64,000 bases of DNA from Minisyncoccota bacterium (GCA_041664465.1 JBAYKP010000001.1:68204-132203), one strand, 5' to 3'. Shown: positions 18,332 through 27,366, counted from the first letter of the stretch. Notes: generated from the letters alone by a model not told the origin. Numbers and translations are program-made.

Positions 18332-19507
18332 ATGGCAATTAAAAATAATATAAATGTTGGTATAGATATAGGGACTCACACTATTAAGGTAGTAGTCGTG
18401 GGTTATGACAAGGAAACGAAAGCTCCCTCTTTATTGGCGACTGGCTCGGCCGAAACGACAGGGATGAGATTGGGCTATATCACAAACATAGACCAAGTAG
18501 CCGACGCACTCAAGAAAGCAGTCAAGCAAGCGGAAACGTCACTTGGTTTCAAGATTCGTAAAGCTTGCATTTCTATAAGTGGCATAAGTCTAAGCTCTTC
18601 TATCTCTACAGGCTCCGTTATCATTTCTCGTGCTGATCAAGAGATAACCGAGCTAGATATCTCTAAAGCATTAGCAATGAGCGAAGAGAATCTAGAAATT
18701 TTAAATAAGAAAATCATACACATCATCCCAGTTGAATACAAACTTGACGGTAAAATTATCCACGGACGACCAGAAGGAATGCATGGCATTAAGCTTGAAG
18801 TGAAAACTCTATTCGTTACTTGCTTGAAACAAAACATAGATGATCTCATCACTGTATTAGGGCTCGCCAACATAGAAGCCATAGATGTACTAGCCACGCC
18901 CGTCGCATTATCTGGAATATTACTCAATACCAAGCAGAAGACAGCTGGGTGCGCGCTTATAGATATTGGAGCTGAAACTGTCTCCTTATCAGTCTTTGAA
19001 AATAATCTGCTTATATCTCTGCAAGTCTATTCTCTCGGCAGTATGGATATTACCAAAGACGTCGCTCTCGGTTTCAAAATAGGATTAGATGAAGCCGAAA
19101 GTGTAAAGCTAGGAAGTGTCCTCGGCGGAGATTATCCAAAGAAAAAAGTTGATGAAATTATCGAAGCAAGACTAGGTGACATATTTGAATTAGTCGAGAA
19201 TCATTTGAAAAGAATCAAACGCAACGAACTTCTTCCAGCTGGAGTAATCATCACAGGTGGAGGAGCCAACATTCTCCGTATCGAAGAAATTGCTCGTAAA
19301 CAATTAAACCTTCCGGCCAAAGTAGGACCAGCCGATGGGACTATCAATAATAAATTAAAAATAAAAGATCCGACTTGGTATGGAGCCTTCGGACTTGCAT
19401 TATATTCTCCACAAATAATAAATCACAGCATAGAAAATTCTATCGGAGATAGTATGAGGCAAGCCAAAGGATTTTTCAAATCAATTTTCTCGCAACTTTT
19501 ACCTTAA
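18332..19507 (+). CDS. ftsA: cell division protein FtsA
   Basis: VGIDIGTHTIKVVV (actin-fold phosphate 1), DIGAETVSLSVF and ITGGGANI. It lies immediately upstream of ftsZ. Confidence 0.85.
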   Translation: MAIKNNINVGIDIGTHTIKVVVVGYDKETKAPSLLATGSAETTGMRLGYITNIDQVADALKKAVKQAETSLGFKIRKACISISGISLSSSISTGSVIISRADQEITELDISKALAMSEENLEILNKKIIHIIPVEYKLDGKIIHGRPEGMHGIKLEVKTLFVTCLKQNIDDLITVLGLANIEAIDVLATPVALSGILLNTKQKTAGCALIDIGAETVSLSVFENNLLISLQVYSLGSMDITKDVALGFKIGLDEAESVKLGSVLGGDYPKKKVDEIIEARLGDIFELVENHLKRIKRNELLPAGVIITGGGANILRIEEIARKQLNLPAKVGPADGTINNKLKIKDPTWYGAFGLALYSPQIINHSIENSIGDSMRQAKGFFKSIFSQLLP

Positions 19508-19620
19508 TATATTTAAATTAGGAAACAAATGAGACATTGCGTCAAATGTTCCCTTTTTATAAATATCTGGTATTATATACACAGTAAAAATTATTATTAA
19601 TTATAATGCTATAAAATATT

Positions 19621-20805
19621 ATGCCTAAAATAAACCCAGACATAGAATCATTCGCTAGAATTAAGGTTATCGGTATTGGTGGTTCAGGGAAAAATGCCCT
19701 CAATCATATGATAGCCTCAAAAGTAAAAGGAGTGGAATTCATAGTTATGAATACTGATACTCAGGATTTGCATAACTCACTCGCTGAAAAGAAGGTCCAC
19801 CTTGGTAAAAATTTAACTAAAGGTCTCGGAGCTGGAATGAATCCAGAAATTGGAAAGCGTGCCGCCGAAGAAACAAAAGCTGAGATTCAAGATGTTATCA
19901 AAGGAGCTGATATGGTATTTATCGCTTGCGGTATGGGAGGAGGTACTGGTACAGGAGCTGCTCCTATCGTCGCTCAAGCTGCCAAAGAGCAAGGAATTCT
20001 TACTGTCGCCGTTGTCACTAAACCATTTTCATTTGAAGGAAATCAAAGAATGAAGATAGCCGAAGCTGGACTCTCCGAGCTTGAACGTGAAGTTGATGCA
20101 ATTCTTGTAATTCCAAATGATAGACTTATAGTTATTTCTGGTAAAGATGTCGGATTCAGACAAGCCTTCGAACTTTGTGATGAAGTGTTGAAGCAAGCCG
20201 TAGAAGGTATCTCTGAACTTATCACCACCCCTGGAATGATCAACGTAGACTTCGCAGATATCAAAGCTGTAATGTCCGATGCAGGAAGTGCTCTTATGGG
20301 AGTAGGAATTGCCGCTGGAGAAGGTAGAGCTGAGAAGGCTGCCTTACAAGCTATCAATTCCCCACTTCTAGATCTTTCTATTTCTGGAGCAAAAGGAGTT
20401 CTCTTTGCTATCTCAGGAGGAGATGATCTCACTATCCACGAAATCCAAGAAGCCGCTAAGATAATCACTGAGTCTATCGATAAAGAAGCCAAAGTAATAT
20501 TTGGAACTATTAGCGACGACAAGCTCAAGAAAGGCGAAATGAAAGTGACAGTCATCGCGACTGGCTTCCCTACTGATATGCCGAAGCGTTCACTATTCCA
20601 GATTCATCAAAAGGCCAATGAGCCAACAGTAAATTCTTCTACCAAAGAAGAGATTCTACAAGCGGTCAATGGTAAAGATTCTTCTTCTGATTACATCAAG
20701 AAAAATGATAAAGATAAAACAGAAAAAGCAGAAGATGATCTATTCATAGATGATACTGATGATTGGAGTACAGTGCCTGCGTTTTTGAGAAGAAATAAGA
20801 AATAG
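19621..20805 (+). CDS. ftsZ: cell division GTPase FtsZ
   Basis: GIGGSGKNA, the GGGTGTGAAP tubulin signature, and NVDFAD. Confidence 0.95.
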   Translation: MPKINPDIESFARIKVIGIGGSGKNALNHMIASKVKGVEFIVMNTDTQDLHNSLAEKKVHLGKNLTKGLGAGMNPEIGKRAAEETKAEIQDVIKGADMVFIACGMGGGTGTGAAPIVAQAAKEQGILTVAVVTKPFSFEGNQRMKIAEAGLSELEREVDAILVIPNDRLIVISGKDVGFRQAFELCDEVLKQAVEGISELITTPGMINVDFADIKAVMSDAGSALMGVGIAAGEGRAEKAALQAINSPLLDLSISGAKGVLFAISGGDDLTIHEIQEAAKIITESIDKEAKVIFGTISDDKLKKGEMKVTVIATGFPTDMPKRSLFQIHQKANEPTVNSSTKEEILQAVNGKDSSSDYIKKNDKDKTEKAEDDLFIDDTDDWSTVPAFLRRNKK

Positions 20806-20812
20806 AATTTTT

Positions 20813-20838
20813 AAAAAATCCCCATTAGGGGATTTTTT
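20813..20838. terminator. rho-independent terminator after ftsZ
   Basis: aaaaaatcccc-atta-ggggatttttt. Confidence 0.6.
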
Positions 20839-20860
20839 AAATTATGTTAAAATAGCCAGT

Positions 20861-21787
20861 ATGTACGATTTAATAATATTAGGTGGAGGGCCGGCTGGAT
20901 CAGGAGCTGCTGTCTATTCTGCCCGCAAACAACTTAAAACTGCTATTATCACCAATGAATTCGGAGGCCAATCCATAGTCTCAGAGCTTATTTATAATTG
21001 GATTGGTACACCTGAAATTTCGGGTCAGGATTTAGCAACGAATTTGAAAAAGCATGTCCTTTATTACAAAGGACCGTATTTAGATATTATCGATGGAGAG
21101 AAAATAATTTCTGTTACTAAAAATGACAAAATAATTACTATTAAATCTGAATCTGGTAAAGAATACACTACAAAAGCCTTACTCATATCAACTGGCAGTA
21201 GTAGACGAAAGTTAGAAGCAATAAATGCAGACAAATATGAGCACAAAGGGATTACCTACTGTGCTTCCTGTGATGGACCTTTATATGAAGGACAAGATGT
21301 GCTTGTGATAGGTGGCGGTAATGCTGCTTTTGAAACATCTGCCCAGCTTCTAGCATATTGTAAGAGCGTCACTCTTATACACAGAAGCGATAAATTCCGA
21401 GCCGACGAAATCACTGTAGAAAAATTACTTGAAAATCCAAAATTCAAAGCAATTAAAAATGCAAATATCACGAGAGTAGATGGCGAACAATTCGTAAGCT
21501 CTCTTACCTATACAGACAAAATAACTGGCGAAGAGCACACACTCAATTCTACAGGGATATTCATAGAGATAGGTCAAATCCCCAATACCAATTTTGTAAA
21601 AGATATAGTAAATATAGATGAATTTGATAAGATTATCGTAGACCCTATGTCTCAAATGTCTAGTACAGAAGGCATCTGGGCAGCTGGAGACTGCACCAAT
21701 GGACAGTATCATCAGAACAACATCGCCGTCGGCGACGCCGTCAAAGCACTAGAAGATATTTATATTTGGATACAGAAGAATAAATAG
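20861..21787 (+). CDS. trxB: thioredoxin-disulfide reductase
   Basis: LIILGGGPAGSGAAVY (FAD GxGxxG), the CASCDG redox centre and VIGGGNAAFE (NADPH site) match the TrxB layout. Confidence 0.85.
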   Translation: MYDLIILGGGPAGSGAAVYSARKQLKTAIITNEFGGQSIVSELIYNWIGTPEISGQDLATNLKKHVLYYKGPYLDIIDGEKIISVTKNDKIITIKSESGKEYTTKALLISTGSSRRKLEAINADKYEHKGITYCASCDGPLYEGQDVLVIGGGNAAFETSAQLLAYCKSVTLIHRSDKFRADEITVEKLLENPKFKAIKNANITRVDGEQFVSSLTYTDKITGEEHTLNSTGIFIEIGQIPNTNFVKDIVNIDEFDKIIVDPMSQMSSTEGIWAAGDCTNGQYHQNNIAVGDAVKALEDIYIWIQKNK

Positions 21788-21794
21788 TTTAATC

Positions 21795-22547
21795 TTAAAT
21801 TTTATGTATTTGTTCAAGTTGCTCTTTGGTATTCACTCCAAGAGCTTCTTTGGGATCTATAGATATTGACTCTATTTTTTTATGTTCATCAAAAGCCATA
21901 CCAACTAAGTCGGTAAGATAATATTCATTCTGAGTATTATTATTCTTAAGTAAATGTAAATGACTCCACATCCAAGTAGCATCAAAGCACATATAAGCTG
22001 GGTTTACTTCTTTAATTTCTTTTTCTTCTTCTGTGGCATCTTTCACTTCAACTATTTTTATAATATTATTATTTTCATCTCTTACAAATCTTCCAAAATT
22101 TAAAAAAGCTTCTCTCCAATCATAAAAATCATCTACTGTAGCTGTCGCCATTGTTAATACTGAATTTGATTTTATGTGTGAATTTACTAAATTTCTAATA
22201 GTAGATGAAGTTATTAGTGGATGATCAGCATAAAGAACGAGAACGGTATCCGCCCCCTTAGCTTCATTTTCTGCTGACATAACAGCGTGCCCTGTACCAA
22301 GCTGTTCTGCTTGTACCGCATATGTGTAATCATCACCTAAAACACTTCGAATCATATCCCCCTTTTGCCCAATAACTATTATTGGATTAGGACAGACACC
22401 TGATTCTTTTACTGAATCAAGCAAATGATTAATAAAAGATTTACCATGAAGAAGAGTTAAAGCTTTTGGTAATTCTGATTGCATTCGTTTACCATGACCT
22501 GCTGCTAAAATTATGATTTGTGTATTTTTCATATTAAATGTGGTCAC
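21795..22547 (-). CDS. sugar-phosphate nucleotidyltransferase (GlmU N-terminal-domain-like; no acetyltransferase LbH domain)
   Basis: IIILAAGHGKRMQSELPKAL (LAAGxGxRM..KxL) and LYADHPL. The ORF is only 250 aa, so the hexapeptide-repeat C-terminal half of GlmU is absent. Confidence 0.7.
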   Translation of the reverse strand: MTTFNMKNTQIIILAAGHGKRMQSELPKALTLLHGKSFINHLLDSVKESGVCPNPIIVIGQKGDMIRSVLGDDYTYAVQAEQLGTGHAVMSAENEAKGADTVLVLYADHPLITSSTIRNLVNSHIKSNSVLTMATATVDDFYDWREAFLNFGRFVRDENNNIIKIVEVKDATEEEKEIKEVNPAYMCFDATWMWSHLHLLKNNNTQNEYYLTDLVGMAFDEHKKIESISIDPKEALGVNTKEQLEQIHKI

Positions 22548-22627
22548 TTATAATTTTCTGCTGAAAATTTATGCGACCCCGCCTCGGCTCGACAGCCTCC
22601 GGCTCGCACAAAATCTCCCAGATTTTG

Positions 22628-22700
22628 TGCGCGGTGAGGGATTTGAACCCCCGGCCTACCCCACGTCAAGGGGTCGCTCTACCAACTGAGCTAACCGCGC
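22628..22700 (-). tRNA. tRNA-Val (anticodon GAC)
   Basis: Reverse complement is GCGCGGTTAGCTCAGTTGGTAGAGCGACCCCTTGACGTGGGGTAGGCCGGGGGTTCAAATCCCTCACCGCGCA. The 7-bp acceptor stem, D, anticodon (loop TTGACGT) and T arms all fold. No encoded CCA. Confidence 0.8.
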
Positions 22701-22718
22701 AAAAAATTAAAAAACGGG

Positions 22719-22805
22719 CGGAAGCGGTGAGATTCGAACTCACGATACGGTTTCCCGCATGTCACTTTTCGAAAGTGATGCCTTCAACCTCTCAGCCACG
22801 CTTCC
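22719..22805 (-). tRNA. tRNA-Ser (anticodon CGA), type II with a long variable arm
   Basis: Reverse complement is GGAAGCGTGGCTGAGAGGTTGAAGGCATCACTTTCGAAAAGTGACATGCGGGAAACCGTATCGTGAGTTCGAATCTCACCGCTTCCG. Anticodon loop is TTCGAAA. No encoded CCA. Confidence 0.8.
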
Positions 22806-22869
22806 CAAATATTAACCTTCTGATTATAAACAAAAACCCTCGAATTATCAAGGTCTAAATTATTAATTA

Positions 22870-24381
22870 TTAATTATCCATTAGACTCTCCCCTGTCATT
22901 TCTTCTGGCTTTTTAATATCTAAAATTTTAAGTATACTCGGAGCCACGTCCGCCAATGTACCCTTATGTAAAGTCCCTGTCATATTCGTCAGAATAAATG
23001 GCACTGGATCAGTCGTGTGCGAAGTATGCCTCTCTCCTGTCTTCTGATCTATGTTTATCTCTGCGTTCCCGTGATCGGCTGTGATGCAAGCCACCCCATT
23101 ATTTATATTCAGAGCTTCTAAGACTCTGCCCAATTCTTTATCTACTTCTTCTATTCCTGTTATTATTGCTTTCACATCTGCGGTATGTCCTACCATATCG
23201 GCATTAGCAAAATTTATAAATATGAAATCCGTTCCTTTCTGTATTTGCTCTATTGCTTTCTCTGCTACTCCCTCGGCTGACATCTTGGGTGCTAGATTGT
23301 AAGTAAGTACCCCTTTGGGACTTTGCACTAGTATATCTTCTTCATTTTGATATGGTTTCTCTTCTCCGCAATTAAGGAAATAGGTAGCATGAGCAAATTT
23401 CTCCGTCTCGGCGATATGAGCTTGTGTGAGACCATTTTCACTTATAACTTTCCCCAACGTGTCATTTACCTTTATTGGTTGGAAAATAATAGGACAATTA
23501 TATTCTTTGCCATAATCGGTCATTGTGACTAGGAGAATATTCTCTGTCCTCGACTTCTCCATTAATTTCTCGGTAATCATTCGCATACGATCAGCTCGGA
23601 AATTAAACAAGAAAAATCCATCATTTTTATTTAAAGTATATGTACCCCCTTCTTTATTTTTGCAAACAAATGGCTCTAATGATTCATCAGACGAGAGACC
23701 CTCTTTATATAAATTCTTTAGAAAGATGGATGGCTTTATGTCACACATTCTTCCCTTGCCATCAAATATTACTTCTTCTGCTTTGTCCAAGCGTTCCCAT
23801 CTCTTGTCTCTATCCATTGCATAAAGACGCCCAGAGACAGAAGCTATCTCGCCAATGCCCAACTTCTCTATAAAATCTTCAAGCTGTTTTATATAACCTA
23901 CACCAGATTGGGGTGGGACATCACGCCCATCGGTGATAATATGAATGGCAATTTTCTTAATCCCATAATCCTTCGCCATTTGAAGAAATGCAAAAAGGTG
24001 CGTTATATGGCTATGCACTCCTCCGTCTGAGACAAGCCCAGCAGTATGAAGAGTGGAATTATTCTTCACAATATGCTCAAACAAAAGTTTAAAAGTGGGA
24101 TTATTCTTGAATTCACCTGTTTCTATCGCTTTATCAATTCTGACTAAATCCTGATCAAGTGGACGCCCTGCTCCTATCGTCATATGACCTACTTCACTAT
24201 TACCCATCTGACCATATGGTACCCCCACAGAGAGCCCTGAGGCCTCCAAAATAGTATGCGGATACTTCGCCCATATATTATCCCAAATAGGCTTCTTGGC
24301 TTCTGCTATGGCATTATCTTTCGTATCTTCTCTATACCCCCAGCCATCAAGGACTATCAAGGCAATTTGTTTCTTTTGCAT
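22870..24381 (-). CDS. gpmI: 2,3-bisphosphoglycerate-independent phosphoglycerate mutase
   Basis: ALIVLDGWGYRED and GNSEVGHMTIGAGR (catalytic Ser in SEVGH). The ~500-aa length and downstream motifs match iPGM. Confidence 0.9.
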   Translation of the reverse strand: MQKKQIALIVLDGWGYREDTKDNAIAEAKKPIWDNIWAKYPHTILEASGLSVGVPYGQMGNSEVGHMTIGAGRPLDQDLVRIDKAIETGEFKNNPTFKLLFEHIVKNNSTLHTAGLVSDGGVHSHITHLFAFLQMAKDYGIKKIAIHIITDGRDVPPQSGVGYIKQLEDFIEKLGIGEIASVSGRLYAMDRDKRWERLDKAEEVIFDGKGRMCDIKPSIFLKNLYKEGLSSDESLEPFVCKNKEGGTYTLNKNDGFFLFNFRADRMRMITEKLMEKSRTENILLVTMTDYGKEYNCPIIFQPIKVNDTLGKVISENGLTQAHIAETEKFAHATYFLNCGEEKPYQNEEDILVQSPKGVLTYNLAPKMSAEGVAEKAIEQIQKGTDFIFINFANADMVGHTADVKAIITGIEEVDKELGRVLEALNINNGVACITADHGNAEINIDQKTGERHTSHTTDPVPFILTNMTGTLHKGTLADVAPSILKILDIKKPEEMTGESLMDN

Positions 24382-24639
24382 ATTATTATTGTACCATAAA
24401 ACTATATCATTTTAAAAATAAAAACGCCCACATATTTAATAATTATATGCAGGGTTTTATTTAGACTTAGTAGCATTTCTTTTTGCTACCTTTTTTCGAG
24501 CTTTTTTGAATTTAGCTATCCTAATAGCTTTTTTTATTCTCTCAACAATTGCGTGAACCTCTAGGTCATATTCTGTCCAAAATTTAGTTCTCATAATTTC
24601 TACAATTTTAAGTTTATTTTAATAGTACAACTATGAGAA

Positions 24640-24835
24640 AATAAAGGCAATAAAGTTGCTAATAAATTTCACCGGGACCGTGAGTACACTTATCGACGAT
24701 TACATCGTCAGGTACTTTTCGCTCTGTTTAGCAACAGAGAACGAAAAGTCTTTCGCTTCCCGGACGCGAGATATGCAGATATCTCGCTTAGGGTCACAAA
24801 TTAAAAACACCCTCTTTCGAGAGGTTTTTAATTTG
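24640..24835 (-). ncRNA. candidate structured RNA or multi-hairpin terminator region immediately 3' of tRNA-Glu
   Basis: Four consecutive stem-loops on one strand. One is gggtcacaaattaaaaac.ccctct/agagg.tttttaatttgtgaccc, a ~22-bp stem overlapping the tRNA 3' acceptor strand. The others are cgcgagatatgc-a-gatatctcgc, cttttcgctctgtt/aacagagaacgaaaag and gacgat-gta-atcgtc. No ORF of significance. Confidence 0.25.
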
Positions 24836-24907
24836 TGACCCTACCGGGAATCGAACCCGGATTACCGGCTTGAAAAGCCGATGTCCTAACCGTTAGACGA
24901 TAAGGCC
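24836..24907 (-). tRNA. tRNA-Glu (anticodon TTC)
   Basis: Reverse complement is GGCCTTATCGTCTAACGGTTAGGACATCGGCTTTTCAAGCCGGTAATCCGGGTTCGATTCCCGGTAGGGTCA. The acceptor stem has two G-U pairs and the anticodon loop is TTTTCAA. Confidence 0.75.
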
Positions 24908-25012
24908 AAAATATAACTCAAATAGTATAACATTTTTATATGAAAAATCAAATTTTAAAATAAAAAAAATTCTGCAATCAACGCTACAGAATTTTTTTAA
25001 ACTTTCATCCCC

Positions 25013-25219
25013 TCATTTTTGGGGGAGGCGGCGGGAAAATATCGCAATGGCAATAATCCCTAGGGAGATTGCTATCCCAAAGGCCCCGAGAGTTTCAGTG
25101 GCTTTTAAATCTAAACCATCAACCACAACTCCATAATTATTTGCCAGACGACAACAACAAAACAAAATGAAGGAAACTACTCCTAGAATAATTCCTCTTG
25201 TCAAATTTTTTTTCCACAT
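25013..25219 (-). CDS. small two-TM membrane protein of unknown function
   Basis: 68 aa. The N-terminal hydrophobic segment contains CCC and there is a C-terminal TM followed by RRLPQK. Lies downstream of the two-TM paralogue operon. Confidence 0.4.
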   Translation of the reverse strand: MWKKNLTRGIILGVVSFILFCCCRLANNYGVVVDGLDLKATETLGAFGIAISLGIIAIAIFSRRLPQK

Positions 25220-25422
25220 AGCAACAAAGAATTGAGATGAATATTGGAACTTTTTTTCTTTACCTTACTCCAAATTCCTTCTTTTAGCAACACCCTGTAC
25301 GAGATGAGTACCTCGGTTGCCCCATATCTTTCCTTCTTCTTTTAGTTTATAATTAAACATATGGTAGATACTAATTAGTCTATTTATCTTGCCACGTAAT
25401 TATCATTAAATTAATTAATAAT

Positions 25423-25533
25423 ATGGATGATACAAAATGCCCAGTATGTGGCAATATGCCATGTACTTGTGAAGCAAAGGAGAAATGTCCTGTATGTGGA
25501 AATGAGCCTTGTACTTGTGCCCCAAAGGAATAA
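25423..25533 (+). CDS. 36-aa 8-cysteine mini-protein (two CPVCGNxPCTC repeats; metallothionein- or zinc-knuckle-like)
   Basis: ATG...TAA encodes MDDTKCPVCGNMPCTCEAKEKCPVCGNEPCTCAPKE. It is followed within 27 nt by a perfect terminator hairpin. Too short for the ORF track. Confidence 0.45.
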   Translation: MDDTKCPVCGNMPCTCEAKEKCPVCGNEPCTCAPKE

Positions 25534-25559
25534 ACTAGTGTTTTAGAAATACTCAATCA

Positions 25560-25597
25560 AAAGCACCGCGACGTAGTCGCGGTGCTTTTGTGTTTTG
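25560..25597. terminator. bidirectional rho-independent terminator shared by the mini-protein gene (+) and the two-TM operon (-)
   Basis: aaagcaccgcgac-gta-gtcgcggtgcttttgtgtttt. 10-bp GC-rich stem with T runs on both strands. Confidence 0.7.
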
Positions 25598-25635
25598 TGC
25601 TATATGCTATGTGTTACATGCTATATGCTTTTGTA

Positions 25636-25956
25636 TTACTGTAAATTTCCAACTGTATAGTCGCCGTTTTGAATCTTGATACCTTTCGTGCCCAATGTAG
25701 TAAGTAAGATATTCATAATTCCAAAGACAGCCACCATAATAAACATTCCGACTACTCCCCAAAGCATATGTTGCTTGCTAGTCTTCCTTATCTCTTCATT
25801 ATCCGGAGACAATAAATATTTCGCAAGTCCATATATAAAGTATATGATAGCCAAAGCAAATAGGAAAGTAATAAGAGGATTGATGATAACCCTATTGATA
25901 CTTGCCATAAGACTGACAACATTTGCTTCTGCAACTGGAATGATTTGAAAATTCAT
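25636..25956 (-). CDS. secreted two-TM hairpin protein, paralogue D (VirB2/TrbC-pilin-like module)
   Basis: Start taken at MNFQIIP. The module is hydrophobic helix (PLITFLFALAIIYFIYG), LSPDNEEIRK loop, then W-containing second helix (MLWGVVGMFIMVAVFGI). It is shared with ORFs 25964-28434. Confidence 0.55.
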   Translation of the reverse strand: MNFQIIPVAEANVVSLMASINRVIINPLITFLFALAIIYFIYGLAKYLLSPDNEEIRKTSKQHMLWGVVGMFIMVAVFGIMNILLTTLGTKGIKIQNGDYTVGNLQ

Positions 25957-25963
25957 AATAATA

Positions 25964-26338
25964 TTAACAAGGCAATAATTGACCAGAAGGAGTGTAAGTA
26001 GGAGTACAAGGAACGATCTGTCTACCTGATGCATTACCTACTCCGAAAGTATTCATAACGATACCTATAATTCCCCAGAAAGCCACAATAACAAAAAGAC
26101 CGATAAGCCCATTGATGATTTTCGCACGGCCACCTTTCTTAGCTTCTTCATCAGAAGACATAATGAACTGAACTATACCCCAGACGAAGTAGATAACTGC
26201 GACAGTAATCAACAAAGGAAGAACATAAGCTAAAAGTTGATTTATTCTAATAAGAATGGTATCAAAAGTTGTTGATTCAGCAAAAACAACAAATGGTGAG
26301 AAAGCCAAAACAGAACCTAATGCAATAATTTTTTTCAT
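25964..26338 (-). CDS. secreted two-TM hairpin protein, paralogue C (signal peptide + VirB2/TrbC-like module; Cys/Pro-rich tail)
   Basis: Signal peptide MKKIIALGSVLAFSPFVVFA, then helix LPLLITVAVIYFVWG, SSDEEAKK loop, helix LIGLFVIVAFWGIIGIV. The C-terminus ends VPCTPTYTPSGQLLPC. Confidence 0.55.
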   Translation of the reverse strand: MKKIIALGSVLAFSPFVVFAESTTFDTILIRINQLLAYVLPLLITVAVIYFVWGIVQFIMSSDEEAKKGGRAKIINGLIGLFVIVAFWGIIGIVMNTFGVGNASGRQIVPCTPTYTPSGQLLPC

Positions 26339-26453
26339 AAAAAACTTTAATAATAAATTATAATAATTTGTTAAATCCTACCGACCGTAGGAGATAAAAC
26401 TAAACGTACAATACTATATGTATATTATAACAACAATGTTTAATATACACAAT

Positions 26454-26810
26454 CTACTGAATCTTTTCTGGAAGACTTGGAAGAGCCGACTTGACCCCAA
26501 ATGTACCAGAGAAAATTCCAACCAATCCCCAAATACTGACCATCACAAATAAAGTGATAATACCCCAGAACATGAAACTTTTCCCATCTTTACGCTTCTC
26601 TTCATTGTCAGGATTCAAGAAATATTTAATAATCCCGTAGACAAAGCCAACGACAGCCAAAGCCACCAATAAAGGGACAACGGCATTCATCAATGTACAA
26701 GTGATAAAGTTGATAATATCCGTCAGACTCTTCATCTCTCCCACTCCCGGACAACTACTAACTGCTCCGTTCAAATTTGACCCTGCTGCATATGCAATCA
26801 ATGTATTCAT
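26454..26810 (-). CDS. two-TM hairpin protein, paralogue B (VirB2/TrbC-like module)
   Basis: VPLLVALAVVGFVYGIIKYFLNPDNEEKRKDGKSFMFWGIITLFVMVSIWG. No obvious cleavable signal peptide in the annotated ORF. Confidence 0.5.
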   Translation of the reverse strand: MNTLIAYAAGSNLNGAVSSCPGVGEMKSLTDIINFITCTLMNAVVPLLVALAVVGFVYGIIKYFLNPDNEEKRKDGKSFMFWGIITLFVMVSIWGLVGIFSGTFGVKSALPSLPEKIQ

Positions 26811-26869
26811 TTTATAAATTTATATTATACTTTTAATTCTTCGACCTATTTAATAAATCAAGTAATAAA

Positions 26870-27328
26870 TTAAGCACCATTGGTAATATCTTTGACTGTC
26901 GATCCGATCGCTTGGGCTATAACATAGGCTCCTAAGAGTAATGCTCCACCGATAACTGTATAAAGGAGCGTCCTGTGCGCTATCTCAAGCTCACTTGGAT
27001 TCCCTTGAGCCTTCACATAGAGGAAGCCAGCATAAATAATAGCCAGAGCAAGGATAGGTATACCCACAACGAGGACGATATTGATAATGGCTTCTATGAA
27101 TTTCGGAATCGTATCTAGATTCTCTCCTAGCGGATTCTTGATCCCCGCATCAACTTTGACTCCTGCAGGACAAGTAGTAGCTGTTGTTTCTACCCCATTA
27201 CATTTAATAGCAAACGCCACAGGACTCAATAGTATAAAACCTAAAACTAAAATAGGTCCTAATTTTAATATATTCCCCAAAATACTATACTTTTTTCTTT
27301 TTAAATTTTTCATACTTTGTCTCGCCAT
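26870..27328 (-). CDS. secreted two-TM hairpin protein, paralogue A (signal peptide + VirB2/TrbC-like module)
   Basis: A basic N-terminus plus signal peptide ...ILVLGFILLSPVAFA, then two hydrophobic helices separated by KAQGNPSELE. Confidence 0.55.
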   Translation of the reverse strand: MARQSMKNLKRKKYSILGNILKLGPILVLGFILLSPVAFAIKCNGVETTATTCPAGVKVDAGIKNPLGENLDTIPKFIEAIINIVLVVGIPILALAIIYAGFLYVKAQGNPSELEIAHRTLLYTVIGGALLLGAYVIAQAIGSTVKDITNGA

Positions 27329-27366
27329 AGCTATTGCGTCGGCGGATTAAAATTTGTTAATAATAA

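Noticed and set aside
19508-19620. ftsZ promoter candidate (TTGCGT ... TGgTATTATAT) in the ftsA-ftsZ spacer
   Set aside because: It is plausible, but the spacing and -35 match are weak, and in AT-rich DNA such matches occur by chance. I am not confident enough to list it as a feature.
20043-20555. 170-aa minus-strand ORF inside ftsZ
   Set aside because: It lies entirely antisense within the strongly supported ftsZ CDS. Its Ser/Ala/Ile-rich composition is typical of shadow frames.
22575-22626. GC-rich segment gcgaccccgcctcggctcgacagcctccggctcgcac, possibly a tRNA or hairpin
   Set aside because: It contains a direct (not inverted) repeat cctcggctcg / ctccggctcg. It does not fold as a tRNA cloverleaf or as a clean terminator.
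22571-22858. 95-aa plus-strand ORF in the track
   Set aside because: It lies entirely over two minus-strand tRNA genes (Val, Ser). Its amino-acid sequence is simply the translated tRNA complement, so it is not a gene.
24656-24838. 60-aa plus-strand ORF near tRNA-Glu
   Set aside because: It overlaps the hairpin-dense region and the tRNA 3' end. It is more plausibly a structured noncoding region.
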